Below are positions 27,924 through 42,390 of a stretch of 64,000 nucleotides of DNA, one piece after another. The notes under the pieces are model-generated. The model did no database searches. It saw nothing but the letters and a program-made list of their open reading frames with translations, and was not told the DNA's origin. A program made the translations under genes and the position numbers. Origin of the DNA: Chiloscyllium plagiosum (lineage: Eukaryota). The first letter of the stretch is position 1; each line of letters starts with the position of its first letter. Location of the stretch: contig NC_057756.1 in NCBI RefSeq assembly GCF_004010195.1, positions 2,668,776-2,732,775 on the forward strand, given 5' to 3'.

Positions 27924-28225
27924 TTAGATTACTTACAGTGTGGAAACAAGCCCTTCGGCCCAACAAGTCCACATCGACCCGCCAAAGCGCAAACCACCCA
28001 TGCCCCTACATTCACCTCTTCACCTAACACTACGGGCAATTTAGCATGGCCAATTCACCTGACCTGCACATCTTTGGACTGTGGGAGGAAACCGGAGCAC
28101 CCGGACGAAACCCACTCAGACACGGCGAGAATGTGCAAACTCCACACAGTTCGTCGCCTGAGTCAGGAATTGAGCCCGGGTCTCTGGCGGTGGAAGCCAA
28201 CAGCGCTAACCACTGTGCCACTGTG
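27924..28225 (-). mobile_element. HE1-like V-SINE
   Basis: Reverse-complement match to 12343-12641. Confidence 0.88.
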
Positions 28226-28402
28226 AGAATATAAAAAACAAATTTATGTTGCAGTCGAAATAAGTGGAGAAAGAAGGCAAGCATCAAATCATTAACATGG
28301 AACTGAATTTTCCAAGTTTCCTTCAGCAATGACAACAGCATCCAGTTGATAACTATTTGACATAGCAGCAAATTAATCAGAATCCATTTGCTCCATTTGC
28401 AG

Positions 28403-28423
28403 ATAATGCAGCCAAATAAGATG
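28403..28423 (+). pseudogene. Dead D-type micro-exon D3
   Basis: tttgcag|ATAATGCAGCCAAATAAGATG|atgggc; in-frame TAA and GT donor lost. Confidence 0.65.
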
Positions 28424-28840
28424 ATGGGCTTACGTTAGTAATTAGGTTTTACTGTGATACGAACGCTCGCAATAAACCGACAGAAATTGGATGTTTGTAT
28501 GTACAATCAAAGGAATAAAAATTCAATACATGTTTTCTATCTCTGCACAACTCTGGAGCTGTGTAGATAGCAAGAGATATATTTCGTCATGGATCAGAGT
28601 TGGAAAATGAGAGACTGACGTAAAGTAGATGTGATTGAAATAGTACTAGCTTGATTTCTTCTTCTGTTGTGTAATTTACAGACTTGAATTCTATTTTTCG
28701 GGAATATGGGGATCGTGGCATAATTCTCAACAAAGATTACTTTGCAGCATTAGTGTGAATTGTAATGGTTGAATGAATATGCAGATATTTGGTGCTTAAA
28801 ACATATACAAATATTAATGTTTTACTAATTTGTCAAGCAG

Positions 28841-28863
28841 ATATGAAGAAAAGTACAAGGAAG
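28841..28863 (+). pseudogene. Dead C-type micro-exon C3
   Basis: tttactaatttgtcaagcag|ATATGAAGAAAAGTACAAGGAAG|ttgaga; 23 nt (2-nt insertion) and donor GT>TT. Confidence 0.65.
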
Positions 28864-30549
28864 TTGAGACACTTTAACGAAAAGATCTTTTGGGCAACTG
28901 ATGAGCGTATGCGAATGGCCATTAGAATTATTTGGGCTATCAAATGACAGAAGATATGCAGACATTTGTTTTTGACAACGTTTAATGAAAGCACGAAGTT
29001 GGCAGTGTTGTTATCCGACAATTTGGGATTATTTTATGCCATGGTAGATCTAATCATATATTCCAGATTTTTCTCATCTGAGAAATTGGAAATCAGAACA
29101 TAACAGGAAATGTATTTGCTAAAGTAACAGCATATTGCACTGTTCGTAATTTTCAGGTCATTTTAAAACCATACTGGTCAATTTGATAACATATAGTTTA
29201 ACCTAGTGCCAAAGTACATGTATTCTGCAAATGTATCCTCAGGTAAGGTGATAGGAGAGAATTGTCGAGTAATGTGAATTTAGTAAAACACTGAATAAAT
29301 GTAAAAATCATTGCATTCCAATAAAGAAAATCTCATCATGTCTTGTCAAAAGGATTGCACAGCTGACATCCAAAATGCCACTCTCAAAATTACCTGAAGC
29401 ATACAACACAGAAATGGTGAACAGTATTGCACAGCAAGGCAGATCAAAATTTTGTCTTCTCCCTGATAGTCACTTACGAGCAAACTCTGCATTTCCGAAG
29501 TACAATATGACTGAAACAAACAGGATAGATATACTACTTTGCTGTGTGTAGAAGAAGAATTTCATGGTGTACAAGATACTGTCACACTTTCACCAAATGT
29601 ATCATACTCTTTATTTCCAAATTGACCTTTTAGCGTCTCACTGTGCACCCTCATGGCATTAGCAATATACAGACACAGCCAAAAATCTGCTAACAGATGT
29701 TGTGTGCTGTTGCATTTGACCATTAATGAACTGGCCAAATCCTGTTACTCACCACCAAATCAAACGAGCACAAATGATTTTGTACACATTTTATTTAGAA
29801 CTTCTGCTCATATTTCGATTTATTATCTTTGCACACTGAAACAATCATTTGACTTCTAACACGCATTACATTAACCACCGTATGCAGTAACTATACAAAT
29901 TTCTCAAATGCAACACTTATCTCACACACAACGCACAACCACTGTAGTTGTGAGTCATCTGGCAACAAATGCTCGCATCTACCTCGAGACAGTTCAAGTC
30001 AAATATCTCATTACATAATCTTTCGTGCTTTTTCTTCCAAACCAGAGAGACAGAAAGCTACATTCCAACGTGTCATACCAATCATTCAATCCTCATCTTT
30101 GGAGAGCCATTCCTCAACACTTAGTTTTCAAAACTCCCATCTGTCAGTTTCTGGTAAGGTGACTTTCTAAATTTTTAGACATATTTTACCTTCATAGAAA
30201 ACTGAAGGAAGTATCCTCAGAATGCGTGTTCCGACTTGTTGATTGTTCTTTCCGGTGCTTCCATAATATTTCTGGAGCCTTGCATTTGGGATATGATCTG
30301 AATTGAAAGGCTAAAGAAATTATGTTTGGACTGAGCCTAAGGAAGCACGTGCTCTACTATATGTAACAAAATCCATTTTATACGTTAATCAGAAAATACT
30401 ATTTTTTTAAATTCATGGTGTGGAACTTTTTTAGGAAGTGCACAACAAAGTGCTGCACTTTTCCTCTGTACATTGCTTTAACTGAGGTGCAAATATGATT
30501 GAACAAGATAAACGAAGAACCAGCTAATACTTTTTATATCACGTAAAAT

Positions 30550-31325
30550 TCGTGGTATAGTAGACAGTGAACATGGTTATCATGGCTTTGGAAGATATCC
30601 ACGGGAACTTGTTGATTGGGGCCAAGGAGCAGTCTATATTATTTTTTAGAGTTCACGGGGTTTGGTACAGGTACATAGGTCCGTGAGGTGACACCACTTT
30701 TTGTCAGCGTGGGGAAGAAGGCAAATGGCACTTTATTGGTCCGTGCATCAAAATATGGAATCTAGGAAGACATTGGCGAGGCCCTATTTGGAGTACTGCA
30801 CAGAGCCCTGATGTGGTAAGGATATTAATACAATGGACAGTGTTCTTAAACAGAAAACAAAAATATTTTCGACGTTGACAAAAGGGCTTAAGTTATGAGG
30901 AAATGTTGTTTTGGTTGGGATTTGTTGCGAGTTAGGTGGAATTTTGGGTGGTGAAATTATACACTTTTCGGAACCCAAGAAGGGAATAGCCAAGGTAAAT
31001 AACTAAGAAGTTTTCCCGAGGCAGAAAGGTTCATAACTGCAGAGAAACGTTTGAATTTGACAGGGAATTACGTAAAAGTCTCCTGAAGAACAAAGTATAA
31101 ATGCAGAGGATGTATCGTAAGAGACATTAACTGCTACATAAAGTGATAGATGCAGGTGAGATTTACAGCATGTAAGTACATTTCGACAAATACATGAATG
31201 GGAAAGACTTAGATTCGTTTGTCCAAACGCAAGTAACTGTGACAGGTTTAATTTGTGAAAAGTGTTTGGATTAGACCAATTTATCTGAGGTGTATGTTTC
31301 TTTCCTGTGCGTTTTCAGGACCCTA
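30550..31325 (+). mobile_element. Old CR1 fragment upstream of exon A3
   Basis: Homologous to 23810-24830. Confidence 0.7.
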
Positions 31326-31405
31326 TGTCCTTGGTCCATGAACTTGGTATTTTTTTCTTCATTTCAGCAAGCAATTTTCTTCAATGTTCAATTTCACGTT
31401 TTGAG

Positions 31406-31426
31406 ATCTTACAAACGAAACGATTT
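31406..31426 (+). pseudogene. Degenerate A-type micro-exon A3, DLTNETI
   Basis: tttcacgttttgag|ATCTTACAAACGAAACGATTT|gtgttt; GAG acceptor and weak donor. Confidence 0.55.
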
Positions 31427-32911
31427 GTGTTTTTTTTTTGTAATTTGATTCCTTAAATTACCTTGCAGTATCGTCATTTACCACAATGCTGTGATAAGGC
31501 AATGCCATCAAATTTTAATATACTGCACATGTGTTGGAAGTACTTATAACATAATACATAATCACGTTAATAACTAAATTAAGATAACAGGTAAATGGCG
31601 TATTGTATTCTACCTGGCGAATTATCACTAAAGTTATCAACAGATTGAAAAAGGCACACAATGAATAACGGGAAGTGTTATGTACATAACTTTTTTTCTG
31701 TTGAACTGAAATGAGACGTATCGTATCAAATAAAAGACCATTTATATAAATCACTAGCGTTTCTTCGAAATGAACGTAAATTGAATGACGGATGTACACT
31801 TTACCCTCGGGAATGAATGACAATTTAATGTGGTGAAGACCTAACGACTATTACAAATGTAGAGTAATACAACAAATCTATTACCATTAAATTCTGAAGA
31901 ACAGCAGGAGTTTGTGATTGAGCACAAGTGATGCATTTACATATTTCCTTGGATTTAAAAATGGAGAGTTGAGAGAAATATATGGGATATCCAAAACATA
32001 GAAAACACAGTGACGCGAGCTGTCATGAAACCTGTCAAAACTTTTAACAGTAAAGGACCATGATGTCGAACTTTTGCAAAAGCAGAATATAACTCAACAT
32101 TGATTACAAGGGGAATAACAAGCAGATCCACATAACGTGAAAAGCAGTTATGTTTCTGGGATCTATTACTATAAGTTAAAGTGAGTCCCGAAATTATTTT
32201 TCAAAGATGCTTTCAAGTTTCTTCTTGAATGTGAAAAAGGAAGCAGTACTGAATAGATAGTTATAATCTATCAGGTTCTATTTCAAAAATCTGTACATTT
32301 AACTTAACATTGACAATATTCATGAATGTAATGAGAGAATGCATGACGATTTTACAGCCACAAGTTTCAACATTCAGTCCAAAAATAGCTCACAGAACAA
32401 TAATACAGACAAACATTCAGCGAAGTAGATCAGCAAAACAATTGAATGTGTTTGGGTTTTTTGGGTTATCAGTCATCCAAAATAATTCAATAGCAATTAA
32501 CAAGGAAATGTATAGTGACATCAGCCATGCAAGAAATATTTGAAAGCACGTTTATGGCAAAAAGGCAATTGCCAAGTACATTATTTAACATCAATTTAAG
32601 TTTTCCTTGATGAAATTAGGATTTAAATACGTTCTGATGATGGAATTCGTATAATTCAGAGAAATTGCATTATCGCTGAAAAATCATCTCCATGCACTCC
32701 TACCCTCACCAAGGTGAGGCTGCATATATTTAGTCCAGTGAGAACGGAAAACAGCCCGTTAATTATTTTGTATTTCATTTTCAATTTCTGCGTTTAAACA
32801 TTTAATGGCTTATGTTCTGCGATATGTTTTCATTCCCCACCTTTGAACACTTTGTTCTTTATCCTCCAAAGTTGGCTTCAAAGCGCTGGTCTACAGGAAG
32901 AGCGTGTCCAC

Positions 32912-33525
32912 TGTCACAAAGCTGATTCTTTTTTTCTCTGAAAACTGTCCCTTTTCTCAAGCGTGTCCATGACATTTTCCCAAACATCGTGAAACACTCC
33001 AGGCTCCAAAACGGCAATGTTTTGCATAAAGATTAAAAAAGGGTCCTGAGAGGCCTTTTTGTTTAGACGTATACAGATGAGAATTTACGCCAAGGTTTTT
33101 ATGTTTCGAAGTGATCTCTGTAATGAATGGGGGTGGCCTGTCCTGGAACCTGAAGTTAAGCTGAGCAGTTCAGTCCAGAACGAGTTAGGGAGTTCAGCAG
33201 TGATCTGTGTAGAAACAAGCTGCTACAGTCTCTCTCCTTCTGCCCGTCTAACTTCAAACTGCAAGTCTTTGCTTCATACTTACTGTGTTCATGGGTGTAA
33301 GATGTTGGGACTGTTGCATTTATTCAAAACAGCCAAATTAATTCTAGTTGGGGTGGGCTGAGTTCTGTAGGGGTTTTTTGTTTTTGTTTTGTTCTTTGTG
33401 TTTCTTTGTGTAATTTTGCGATTTCTTTTGTCTGTTTTAAAACCTTGTCATAACCGAGCTAAATTACTCAGGGTAATTTTCTCTGTACACGTAACAAATC
33501 AAATTGCAAAGTTATGGTCTGGGGA
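32912..33525 (+). mobile_element. Truncated solo-LTR-like element
   Basis: Starts TGTCAC; shares blocks (gctgagca..gttca.tcc.gaac; ttgcaaa.tta) with the reverse complement of 7735-8385. Confidence 0.5.
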
Positions 33526-34519
33526 GCCAAAGGAGACATGGGGGCAAACGTGACGACAATGTTTTGACAAGAACATGAAGACCAAAAAGAAATGAAGTGT
33601 TTTGAAGCTAACATACGTAGTTGGTTTGTATCGTAATTATCTTGATTTATTTATGAATACTTCAAAACTTTGCAAGTAAACGTTCGATTTTAGGCTGAAT
33701 TCGAAGTGCAGAATGCAATGAAGTGTTCTCCAGTAATTTATGCCATTGGTAATTCTGGAACAAACATGGAAAAATATTCATCACTGTGCATTTGGAGAAC
33801 GGATATTACCCAATCGAAGTTTGCTGTGAGCTGATGAATTCTGACACACCCGTTCCGGATGCCAGGAGAGTTGAAACATTGAATTGTGCAATACATGGCA
33901 CCTTTGACACTCCAAAAGAGAGATTCTTGGCAAAACCACAGGAGGTGAGGAAGCATCCGAAGAACATCAGAATCCACATTTAAGTCATAAACCCTTCATT
34001 AGGAGTCTAAGTTTCACCTCTACTGATCTTCGAATGCTTCAAGACCTGCAGTATTTTGCCAGTGCCATACGTTATTTTTCTGCTATTCAACATCTGCAGT
34101 CATTTTGTTGTCTGTAAAATGCCCAATTTAATGTGGAATGTGAATATTTGGCGACTATGCGGAAATAACTATATTAATGCACATGCATGAGAAGTGAAGT
34201 AATTTTAACTGTCATATAATGGCTAATGGGCTAAAGAGTTAGTGTCTCGACTCCACAGTGCACCATGCAATCAGAGATTGACAACAGTCTAGTACTGACA
34301 AAGAAGTACACATGATATCACCTAATGTCTCATTGCATAACACCTGCACTTTAGGCTCAAAATAAGATGTACAAAGTAATATCCCCAGACGTGGATATGC
34401 ATAGTATCCAGGAATGAAACAATAATAGACAAAAGAAAACATCAAACTTTAGCAGTGTCCAATGAACATTGGACTGACTTACAGTTTACTCATGTGAAGA
34501 TCTTAAAAGTGAACAGACC

Positions 34520-35545
34520 TGGTCGAAGACAGATGGTGGTGATGGACGGTTGCTACTCAGACCATGGCATGTGATCAATGGTGTGCTGCAAGAATCGAAG
34601 TCGGCTCCAATGTATTTCATTATTTATTTAATGAATTTGGATTTGAACATAGATAATTGAGTTTGTAACTTTATAGATAACAACAAAATCCGAGACGTAG
34701 TGGTCAGTGAAGAAGACTTGGAGTGTTGATCAGGTGGGCCAGTGGGCAGAGGAGTGAGAATTTGGGGAAATGTGCGGTGCGATATATTGGTAAGGCAAAT
34801 TAAAGTTGGACTTGCACAAATAATGTAAGGTTTGGGGCGTGTTGCTGAACATAGAAACCTTAAAGTGCAGTTTCATAGCTCGTTGAAACTGGAGTTCCAG
34901 GTAGATAAGATAATGAAGAAGGCGTTTGGTATGCTTTCTATTATTTGTCAGAACATTGGGTATAGGATTTGCAAGATCATCTTGTGGTTTTAGAGGACTT
35001 TGGTTCGTCAACGTTTTGAATATTGCATGTAATTCGTGTCTCAATACTATCAGAAGTTTGTTGTGAAACGTGAAAGAGTTCGGAAACGATTTACGAGAAT
35101 ATTGCCAGTGTTCGAGAATTTGAGTTATTGGAGAGGGTGAATAGGCGGGGATGTTATCCTTGAATCATTGTATGCTGTGGTGTGACATTACAAAGTTAAC
35201 AAAACCTTGAGGCGCTTGGTTGGGAGAAATAGATAACGTGTTTTCCCTGAGTTGGCAGAATTCAGAATGAGAGGCATAGAATGTGTGGAGAAAAAAATAA
35301 ATGTAACAATGGGCAAAGTTTTCATGCAGGGGCTGTTGCATATCGGACATGAGCTGCCAAACCAAGATGTGAAGGCTGGTAAACTTAAAATATTTCAACG
35401 AGAAATGGGTATGTGTGTGATTGGGAAGCGTCTGGATGGATACGTGCTAACTGCCTGCAAATGGGAATACATTAGTTTAGGTACCTGGTCGGCATGAACT
35501 TATTGGACTAATACTTATGTTTCTGTTCTGTATATTTCGTGGATT
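34520..35545 (+). mobile_element. Old CR1 LINE 3' fragment
   Basis: RT C-terminal remnants and CR1 3' UTR. Confidence 0.78.
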
Positions 35546-36137
35546 GTGTGACGCTGTGGCCGGCACACTCACCCAATCACTATCATCACCCAAATTCACA
35601 AAAAAAGACGACGTTGTCTCATTTGGCACGCGAAGACCAGCATCTCAAACATTTCAACATCAATTCGTTTCTTTGTGAATTTCTAATCATCCATGTTTCT
35701 ATAATACTTGTTGAAAATTGACTGCGCACAAATGTAAACTGAGAATTAAATCTAACTGTCAAGCTTCAACTTATTCATTCACACTGTAATCGACTGTGTT
35801 AAGGGAATCCTATCCGTCCGCCTTGTTTTGAAAACAATACTTTCCAGATACCCTGCTATGAGCCCGACGTCCATAAATTCTCTATTGCATCAAACTATTA
35901 ACTAATACATTTCAGCACCAACTTACAATAAAATATGTTTCACCAAGAGCTCGATATAAATAATTCGTCATGCGCATTGCAAACAAACCATCAGCTTTTC
36001 CCCAATGAGCTCCAATGAACCCCTAAATCTTACCAAATTAGAGAGATATTCGAATAGGTCTGGCACATGCACTCTTAATATAGGCTTGATGAACAAATTA
36101 GCACTGGATTTGTACACAAATCCCAAATACTACTCCG

Positions 36138-38090
36138 GAATGTGGTGCTGGAAAAGGTAGGTAAGTCAGCATCCAAGGAGCAGGAGAATCAACGTTTCAG
36201 GAATAAGCCCTTCATCAAAAATGAGGCTTGTGGGGAGCGGGAAGGCAGATACATGGGAGAGGGCGAGTATGGAGGAGAAGGTAGCTGACAAAGCATTAGA
36301 TAGATTAAGGTGAGTGTGAAGGTGATAGGCTGGGGAAGAGGGTGGAGAGAGGATAGCTGCGAAGTTGGTGACTTGGTTCTGGGATAATGTTGGGGAGGTA
36401 AAAGGAAGAAACTATGAATATCCACATTGATCCCATATGGTTGCAGTGTCCCAAGACAGAATATGAGGCATTCTTCCTCTAATCGAGATTGGGTAGGTTT
36501 TAGCGCTGAAGTAGGTCCAGAACCTGCATGTACCTGGTGGAGTTGGAGGGGGAGCTGAAGTGTTCAAGCACAGTACAGTGGGGTTGGTTGGTGCAGTTGA
36601 CCCGAAGATTTTCTCTGAAATGATCCACAAGCTGGCGTCCTGTCTCCCCGATGCCCAGAAGACAACATTAGGTTCAACGGGTCCATTAGGGAACATAACT
36701 GGAGGTTTAAGTAGATTTTTGTCATTTGTGGTAGGATCCTTTGGATCCTTGGATGGAGGTGAGGGGAGTGGGGGTGTGTGCGGCTTTTGCACTTCCTGTG
36801 GTGGCTGGGGAAGGTGTCGCGAGTGCGGGTGTGGGTTAGTGGGAGGTGTGGACATGGAGAGAGAGTTGCAGAGGGAATGATATCTCTAGAACACTGATAG
36901 GTGGTGAGGGAAATATGTCTCTGATGGTGGGGTACATTTTTATGTGGTGAAAGTGGCGGAGGATGATGCAACGTAAGTGTAGGTCGGTGGGGTGAAATGT
37001 GAGTACCGAGGGTTCTGTGTTTGCTGCTTTGGGAGGGGTGATGTTCAAGGATGGTGGTGCAGCAGGTGGAGAAGATGTGCTGGATTGCATCCACCACCAC
37101 GTGGGAAGTCAATTTCCGATTTTGGAAGTAGAACGCCATCTCGGACTTTCTAATATTGAATTGGTTATAGACACGACAGACGGAGAGGAATTGTGAAGAA
37201 GGAATCGTGATTTTCACTAGGTCGGCTGGGAGGAGGTGTAGTCACTGTATCTGCGGTAGTCGATGGGCTTGTAGTGGATATTCATATTTGTCGCCAGAGA
37301 TGGAGATGGAGAGTTCCCGTAAGGGGGGGGGGGAGTTGTCCGAGATGGTGCAGGTGAATTTGAGTTCGGTGTGAAACGTTTTGTGAAGGAGATGAACTGT
37401 TCAACTTCCTCGTGCGAGGACGAGGTAGCGCCAATACAGTCATGAATGTATCAGAGGAACAGGTGGGGATGATGCGGCATAAGTTTGGAAGATGGACTGT
37501 TGAACGCATCCGACAAAGAGACAGGAATAGCCATGCTCAATATGGGTGGCCATGCTTACCCTTTGGTTTGATGGAAGAGAGAGGATTGGAAGGAGAAGTT
37601 GTTAAGGGTGAGGACTAGTTCAGCTAGGCGGAGGAATGAGTGGGAGGAAGGGTACTGCACAGGACGGTGTGATAGGCAGAAATGCTGGTTTTAGAGACGT
37701 TTGTCGTGGCAGATGGATGTGTACAGGGACTGGATGTCCATGGTGAGGACATCGATTTGTGGGCCGAGGAAACGAAAATCTTGGAGGAGGTGAAGTGGAT
37801 TGGTGTTCTGCCGAATATAGGAAGGGGGTTCCTGAACTAAAAGGAACAGGACGGTGTCAAGTTACGCACAGATGACTTCAGTGTGACAGGAGCAGGCTGA
37901 GATGATGGGTCAACCGGGGACGTCAGGTTTGTGAATTATTTTAAGAGGTAGAAACGGGCAGTGCAGTGTTTATGGACAATGATTTTAGAGGTTTTGGATT
38001 GAAGGTACCCAGAGGTGTGAGATTGAGGATGGTCTGAAAGATTATGGTTTGGTGATGTGACTTGAGGTCATGGTCGAGGGGAAGGAGGAA
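36138..38090 (-). mobile_element. Penelope-like element, 5'-truncated (RT, GIY-YIG and terminal repeat)
   Basis: Reverse-complement similarity to 38860-41055; terminal repeat with mutated hammerhead near 36188-36225. Confidence 0.85.
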
Positions 38091-38109
38091 GATTCACCAC
38101 CAGATTCAC

Positions 38110-41055
38110 GACTCCTGGCACAGTCACAATACCTGCTCTGCACAACAATTCCACCGGCGCAGTTGTTGCCATCACAGCCATTTTCACGCTTAAAAACATC
38201 ACTGTCCTGGATGCGAATGACTCCATCACTGCCGTCACACGTGATGTCTTTTTCACCAGCATTGTACAACGCTGGAAGTCTAACGTCACTTCTGTTAATG
38301 TCAATACTCCTTACCCTAAAATCACACCCACTCACGTGAATGTCTCCACCACACACTTAGTTCCAGCCACACTCGAGGTCCGAGTTACCATCCCTTCCGT
38401 ATGTTTACTCTTTCCCCAGACCACCCCCTCACTGAGGACGAACGTTTCGGTCTCAGCAAAGTCCTCGCCTTCATCCCACCATGATCTCAGATAGAGGAGT
38501 TCAACAGGAGTCTTGATCTTCAAAATTTGTTCCACGATCTACACCTCCGGGCCCAATTTTTCAATCGGACTATCCCCCACTCACCAAGGACCTCTTCTCT
38601 CGTCTCCAACACACCCAATCCACCTGGGCACCCTGTGTTGGCCTGTTACCCGCCATTGATCTCGTCACTTCTAACTGCCACCGTGACATCGACCGCCTTA
38701 ACCTGTCAACTTTTCTCGCTCACTCCAAACTCCCGCCCTCACAACGCGCTGCTCTCCACTCCATCCACTCCAACCCCAAATTCACCATCAAATCTACAGA
38801 CTCGCAGTTTGGCGCAATGACATATACAGCATTGAAGCCAGATGCTCGCTCGCACATACCTCTTTCTAACAACTTCACGACCATGACCTCGCCTCTCATC
38901 GCCAAACCATCATCTCTCAGAACACCCACAATCTCAACGCCTCTGGGTGCTCCCATTCGCAGGATCCAACCTCACAGTGTGTGAACGCTGCTCCGCCTGT
39001 TTCTACTTCCTATCAAGAATTTACAAACCTTACTTCCCCGATCCACTCATTTCAGCCTGCTCCTTTCACACTGAACTCACCGCTGTATACCTTGACATCA
39101 TTCTGTCCCCCTACATCAAGTACCTCCCTACTATGTTCAGGACACCACCCATGCACTTCACCACCTCCAAGATTTTCATTTCATCGGCCAGCAACACCTC
39201 ATCTTGACCATGGAGATTCATACCCGGTACACATTCATTCGCTGAAACGAAGGACTCCAAACCCTCAATTTCTTCGTCTCACGTAGTGCTGAACAGTACC
39301 TCCCACTGAAACTCATATTCACCTGGCTAAACTGGTCATCACGCTTAACAAATTCTCCTTCCAATTCTCTCACTTCCTTCAAACCAATGAGATAGCCATA
39401 GTCACCCACATGGGGTCCGGCTATTCCTGCCTCTTTGTCGGGATCGCAGAACAGTCTATCTTCCACACTAATAGCACATCATCCCCACCTGTTCCCCTGC
39501 TAATTTTATTACTGTATTAGTGCTACCTTGTGCTCCCACGAGGAAGTTGAACAGTTCCTCTACTTCACCAATACCTTTCACCCGATCTCAATTTCACCTG
39601 AACCAATTCGGAAACCTACCTCCCCTTCCTGGACATCTCCATCTGTGGCGACCGACAGACCACGGACATTATTCCAAACCGGGTAAAAACAATGATTGCA
39701 GGTGCTAGAAACCAGATTCTGGATTAGTGGTGCTGGAAGAGCACAGCAGTTCAGGTAGCATCCGAGAAGCAGTAAAATCGACGTTTCGGGCAAAAGCCCG
39801 TCATTAGGAATAAAGGCAGAGGCGGACATTACTTCAAACCTACCTAGTCCCACAGCTACCTAGACAACACCGCGTCCTACCCTACCTCCTTTTTAAAAAT
39901 GCCATCGTTATTCCCAATTCCTCTGGCTCCTCTGCATCTGTTCCCAGGATGATGAATTCCAGCTTACAAAATCCCAAATGTTGTTCTTCCAAGATCACAA
40001 TTTCCCTTCCACCTGGTCGAAGATGCCCTCCAGCACACCTCCTCCATTTCCCGCACAACCATACAAGAAACACACAGCAACAATTGCAGCAAGGACAGCA
40101 CTCCTCAGCCCTCATTTTCCAACCGACACCCTCTGCATACATCTCATCACCTGCTGTCTCTTCGACCACCTCCAGGCGGACCCCCCCACCCCAGCGGAGA
40201 CATAATTCACTCCCCACCCCTATCAGTGTTCTGGAGAAAACATTCCCTCTACGACTGCCTAGTCATGTTCACGCCCCACAGCAGCTAACACCACTCTCCC
40301 AGCACCTTCCTCAACCAAAGCAGAAAGTGCAAAACCTACGCCCACACAGCCCCCCCTCATTTTCGTCCAAGAGCCCAATGGATCGTTCCACATCCAACGC
40401 AAATATCTCTCTACTTCGAACAATTTCATCTGCTCTCTCCGTTGCACACGACGTGGTCTGCTCTACATTGATGATTTCGGATTCCTTCTTGTGGATCATT
40501 TCAGAGAACATGTCTGGAACACCCGCACCAACCAACTCCACCATCACGTAGCTGAATACTTAAACTCTCACTTCCACTCCACCAAGGGCATGCAGATACT
40601 GGACCTCCTCCATCACCATACCCTAGCCACCCGAAGCTTGGAAGAAAAATGCAACAAATTCCACCTTGGGAACCTGCGAACACAAGGGATCAATGTGGAT
40701 GTCAACAGTTTTCACATTTCCCCTCGCTCCCACTTTATCCCAGTCCCAAACCACCAATTAGGCAACGGCCTCCTGACCAGTCCATCCCTTTTCCCAGCTA
40801 TCCGCTCCACCCACATATCCGACCTATCAAGTTCTCCCTCACCTTGATCTACCGATTGCTTTTTGCTTTCTCAACTACCTTCCTTCCGAAATCGAAGCCC
40901 TCCCATTTACCTCTCTGCTCTGTGGCCCACAAGCCTAATTTCTGATGAAGCATTTCTGCCCAAAAGGTCGATTCTCCTGTTCCTCGAATGCTACTTGACA
41001 GGATGTGCTTTTCCAAGTCTAATCTCCAGCTTCTGCAGACGTCACTTTCTCCTCA
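38110..41055 (+). mobile_element. Penelope-like element, near full length, decayed
   Basis: PLTEDER..LSKVLAFIP (LSKGL.F.P motif) near 38425-38480; SFQFSHFLQTNEIAIVTHMGSGYSCLFVG (RT motif B) near 39355-39445; PFLDIS near 39625; CTRRGLLYI..HFREHV (GIY-YIG) near 40440-40520; 3' terminal repeat 40935-41055. Confidence 0.88.
39681..39822 (-). mobile_element. Solo Penelope terminal repeat nested in the Penelope ORF
   Basis: Flanked by an 18-bp duplication cggacattattccaaacc (39663-39680) / cggacattacttcaaacc (39823-39840). Confidence 0.8.
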
Positions 41056-41321
41056 GCAGCTATCACTATAAATTTGTTTCATTTAATCTGTGCTTGCATT
41101 GTGTAGGCACTTGCCATTCTTCCTGTTTTGGCTTCATTGAATGGTCATGAACTGATATGGAATTATTTATCTGCCAGTGTTGTGTTAGATTGAGCCTTCG
41201 GATATAGTGGAATTCTGGTTTCAGAACATTGGCAAAAGAATTGTACTAAAATTCTTCCAACTTTCACGAAAAATAGCGAATGCCTTCTTCCGTGTTTCAG
41301 CTTTTCTATTGTGCCTTACAG

Positions 41322-41341
41322 CGCCAGAAAATATCAAGAAA
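41322..41341 (+). pseudogene. Dead B-type micro-exon B4
   Basis: gtgccttacag|CGCCAGAAAATATCAAGAAA|gagaca; 20 nt and no GT donor. Confidence 0.65.
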
Positions 41342-41941
41342 GAGACAACACCAAAACACTGCAGATCCTCTGCCAAAAAAATGACACCTTTTATATGTAT
41401 TCAAGGTTGATGGAGCTGAACTAATAAAATATGAACGAGTGCTTTACTCAGAAGAAAGGAAATTATTAAACTAATCCCAATGCTCTACAGATATTTAAAC
41501 TGGAGACATGGCATGAAAGAATTTATTGGGAATTTGTCTGCCCATTATAAACATGCCTAACATTAACTATCAACATTTCAAAAACTGGTTCAATTTTGTA
41601 CATTATCACAATACGCAGAACATTGGCATTTATGCAGTCAGTCGTAACACTTGGCAGTATTCATGACATGTACGTTGATCTCTTACTGCAACCAGTGAAA
41701 TGGACCAGTCCGTTCTTTCAAGACATTTCAAGAAGCTGCCCAGGATGTAACATTTCTACTTTTCTTAAGCAGACATAAATTGCATACTTCAGGAGTGATG
41801 CAGCTGGTCAGAGAACTCGGTTTTAAACAAGCAGAAGTTATTTACAGACTAGTGCATGAATGACAAGCAAGGTAACCAGATGATAAAATAACAATTATAT
41901 GAAATCTCAGCAGATGCAATGCCTCCCACAATTCAACAAAG

Positions 41942-42390
41942 TTGAGAGTATGTTCCTGGAAAAACACAGCAGGTCAGGCAGCATCCACGGAGGAGGAAAA
42001 TTATCGTTTCAGGCCGGGGCCCTTCATCAGGAATGAGACTATCAGACGATTCATGAGGTGGGTGCTGAGGAAGGAAATGTGGCTGTGGTAGCCAGTGTGC
42101 TTGAGAACGTGGCTGAAGAATTTCAGAGCAGAGTAGAGGACTTGGGGAGTAGAGTAAGAGAGAGACTCATTGAGATTTTTCCAGAGAGAGGAGGAGAAGT
42201 TTTTCATGGTAGGCGTCCTTGGAAGAGGCTTTGCAGTAAGGTTGAAATCAGCTAGGAGTCAGCGGGCCTGTAGGTGTTGGAGACCAGAGTTAAGAGTGTG
42301 AATGTGGAAAAGCACAGCAGGGCAGGCAGATTTCACGGAGCAGGAAAATCAATGTTTCGGGCCGATGCCCTTCACCAGGAATGAGGCTGG
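41942..42390 (-). mobile_element. Penelope fragment with two tandem terminal repeats
   Basis: ggaaaa.cacagcagg.caggcag...gtttc.ggcc....gcccttca.caggaatgag occurs twice. Confidence 0.75.

Noticed and set aside
36412..40945. The longest ORFs in the track (147-217 aa) as host genes
   Set aside because: They are off-frame or broken pieces of decayed Penelope-like elements, with low-complexity Pro/Ser/His-rich translations.
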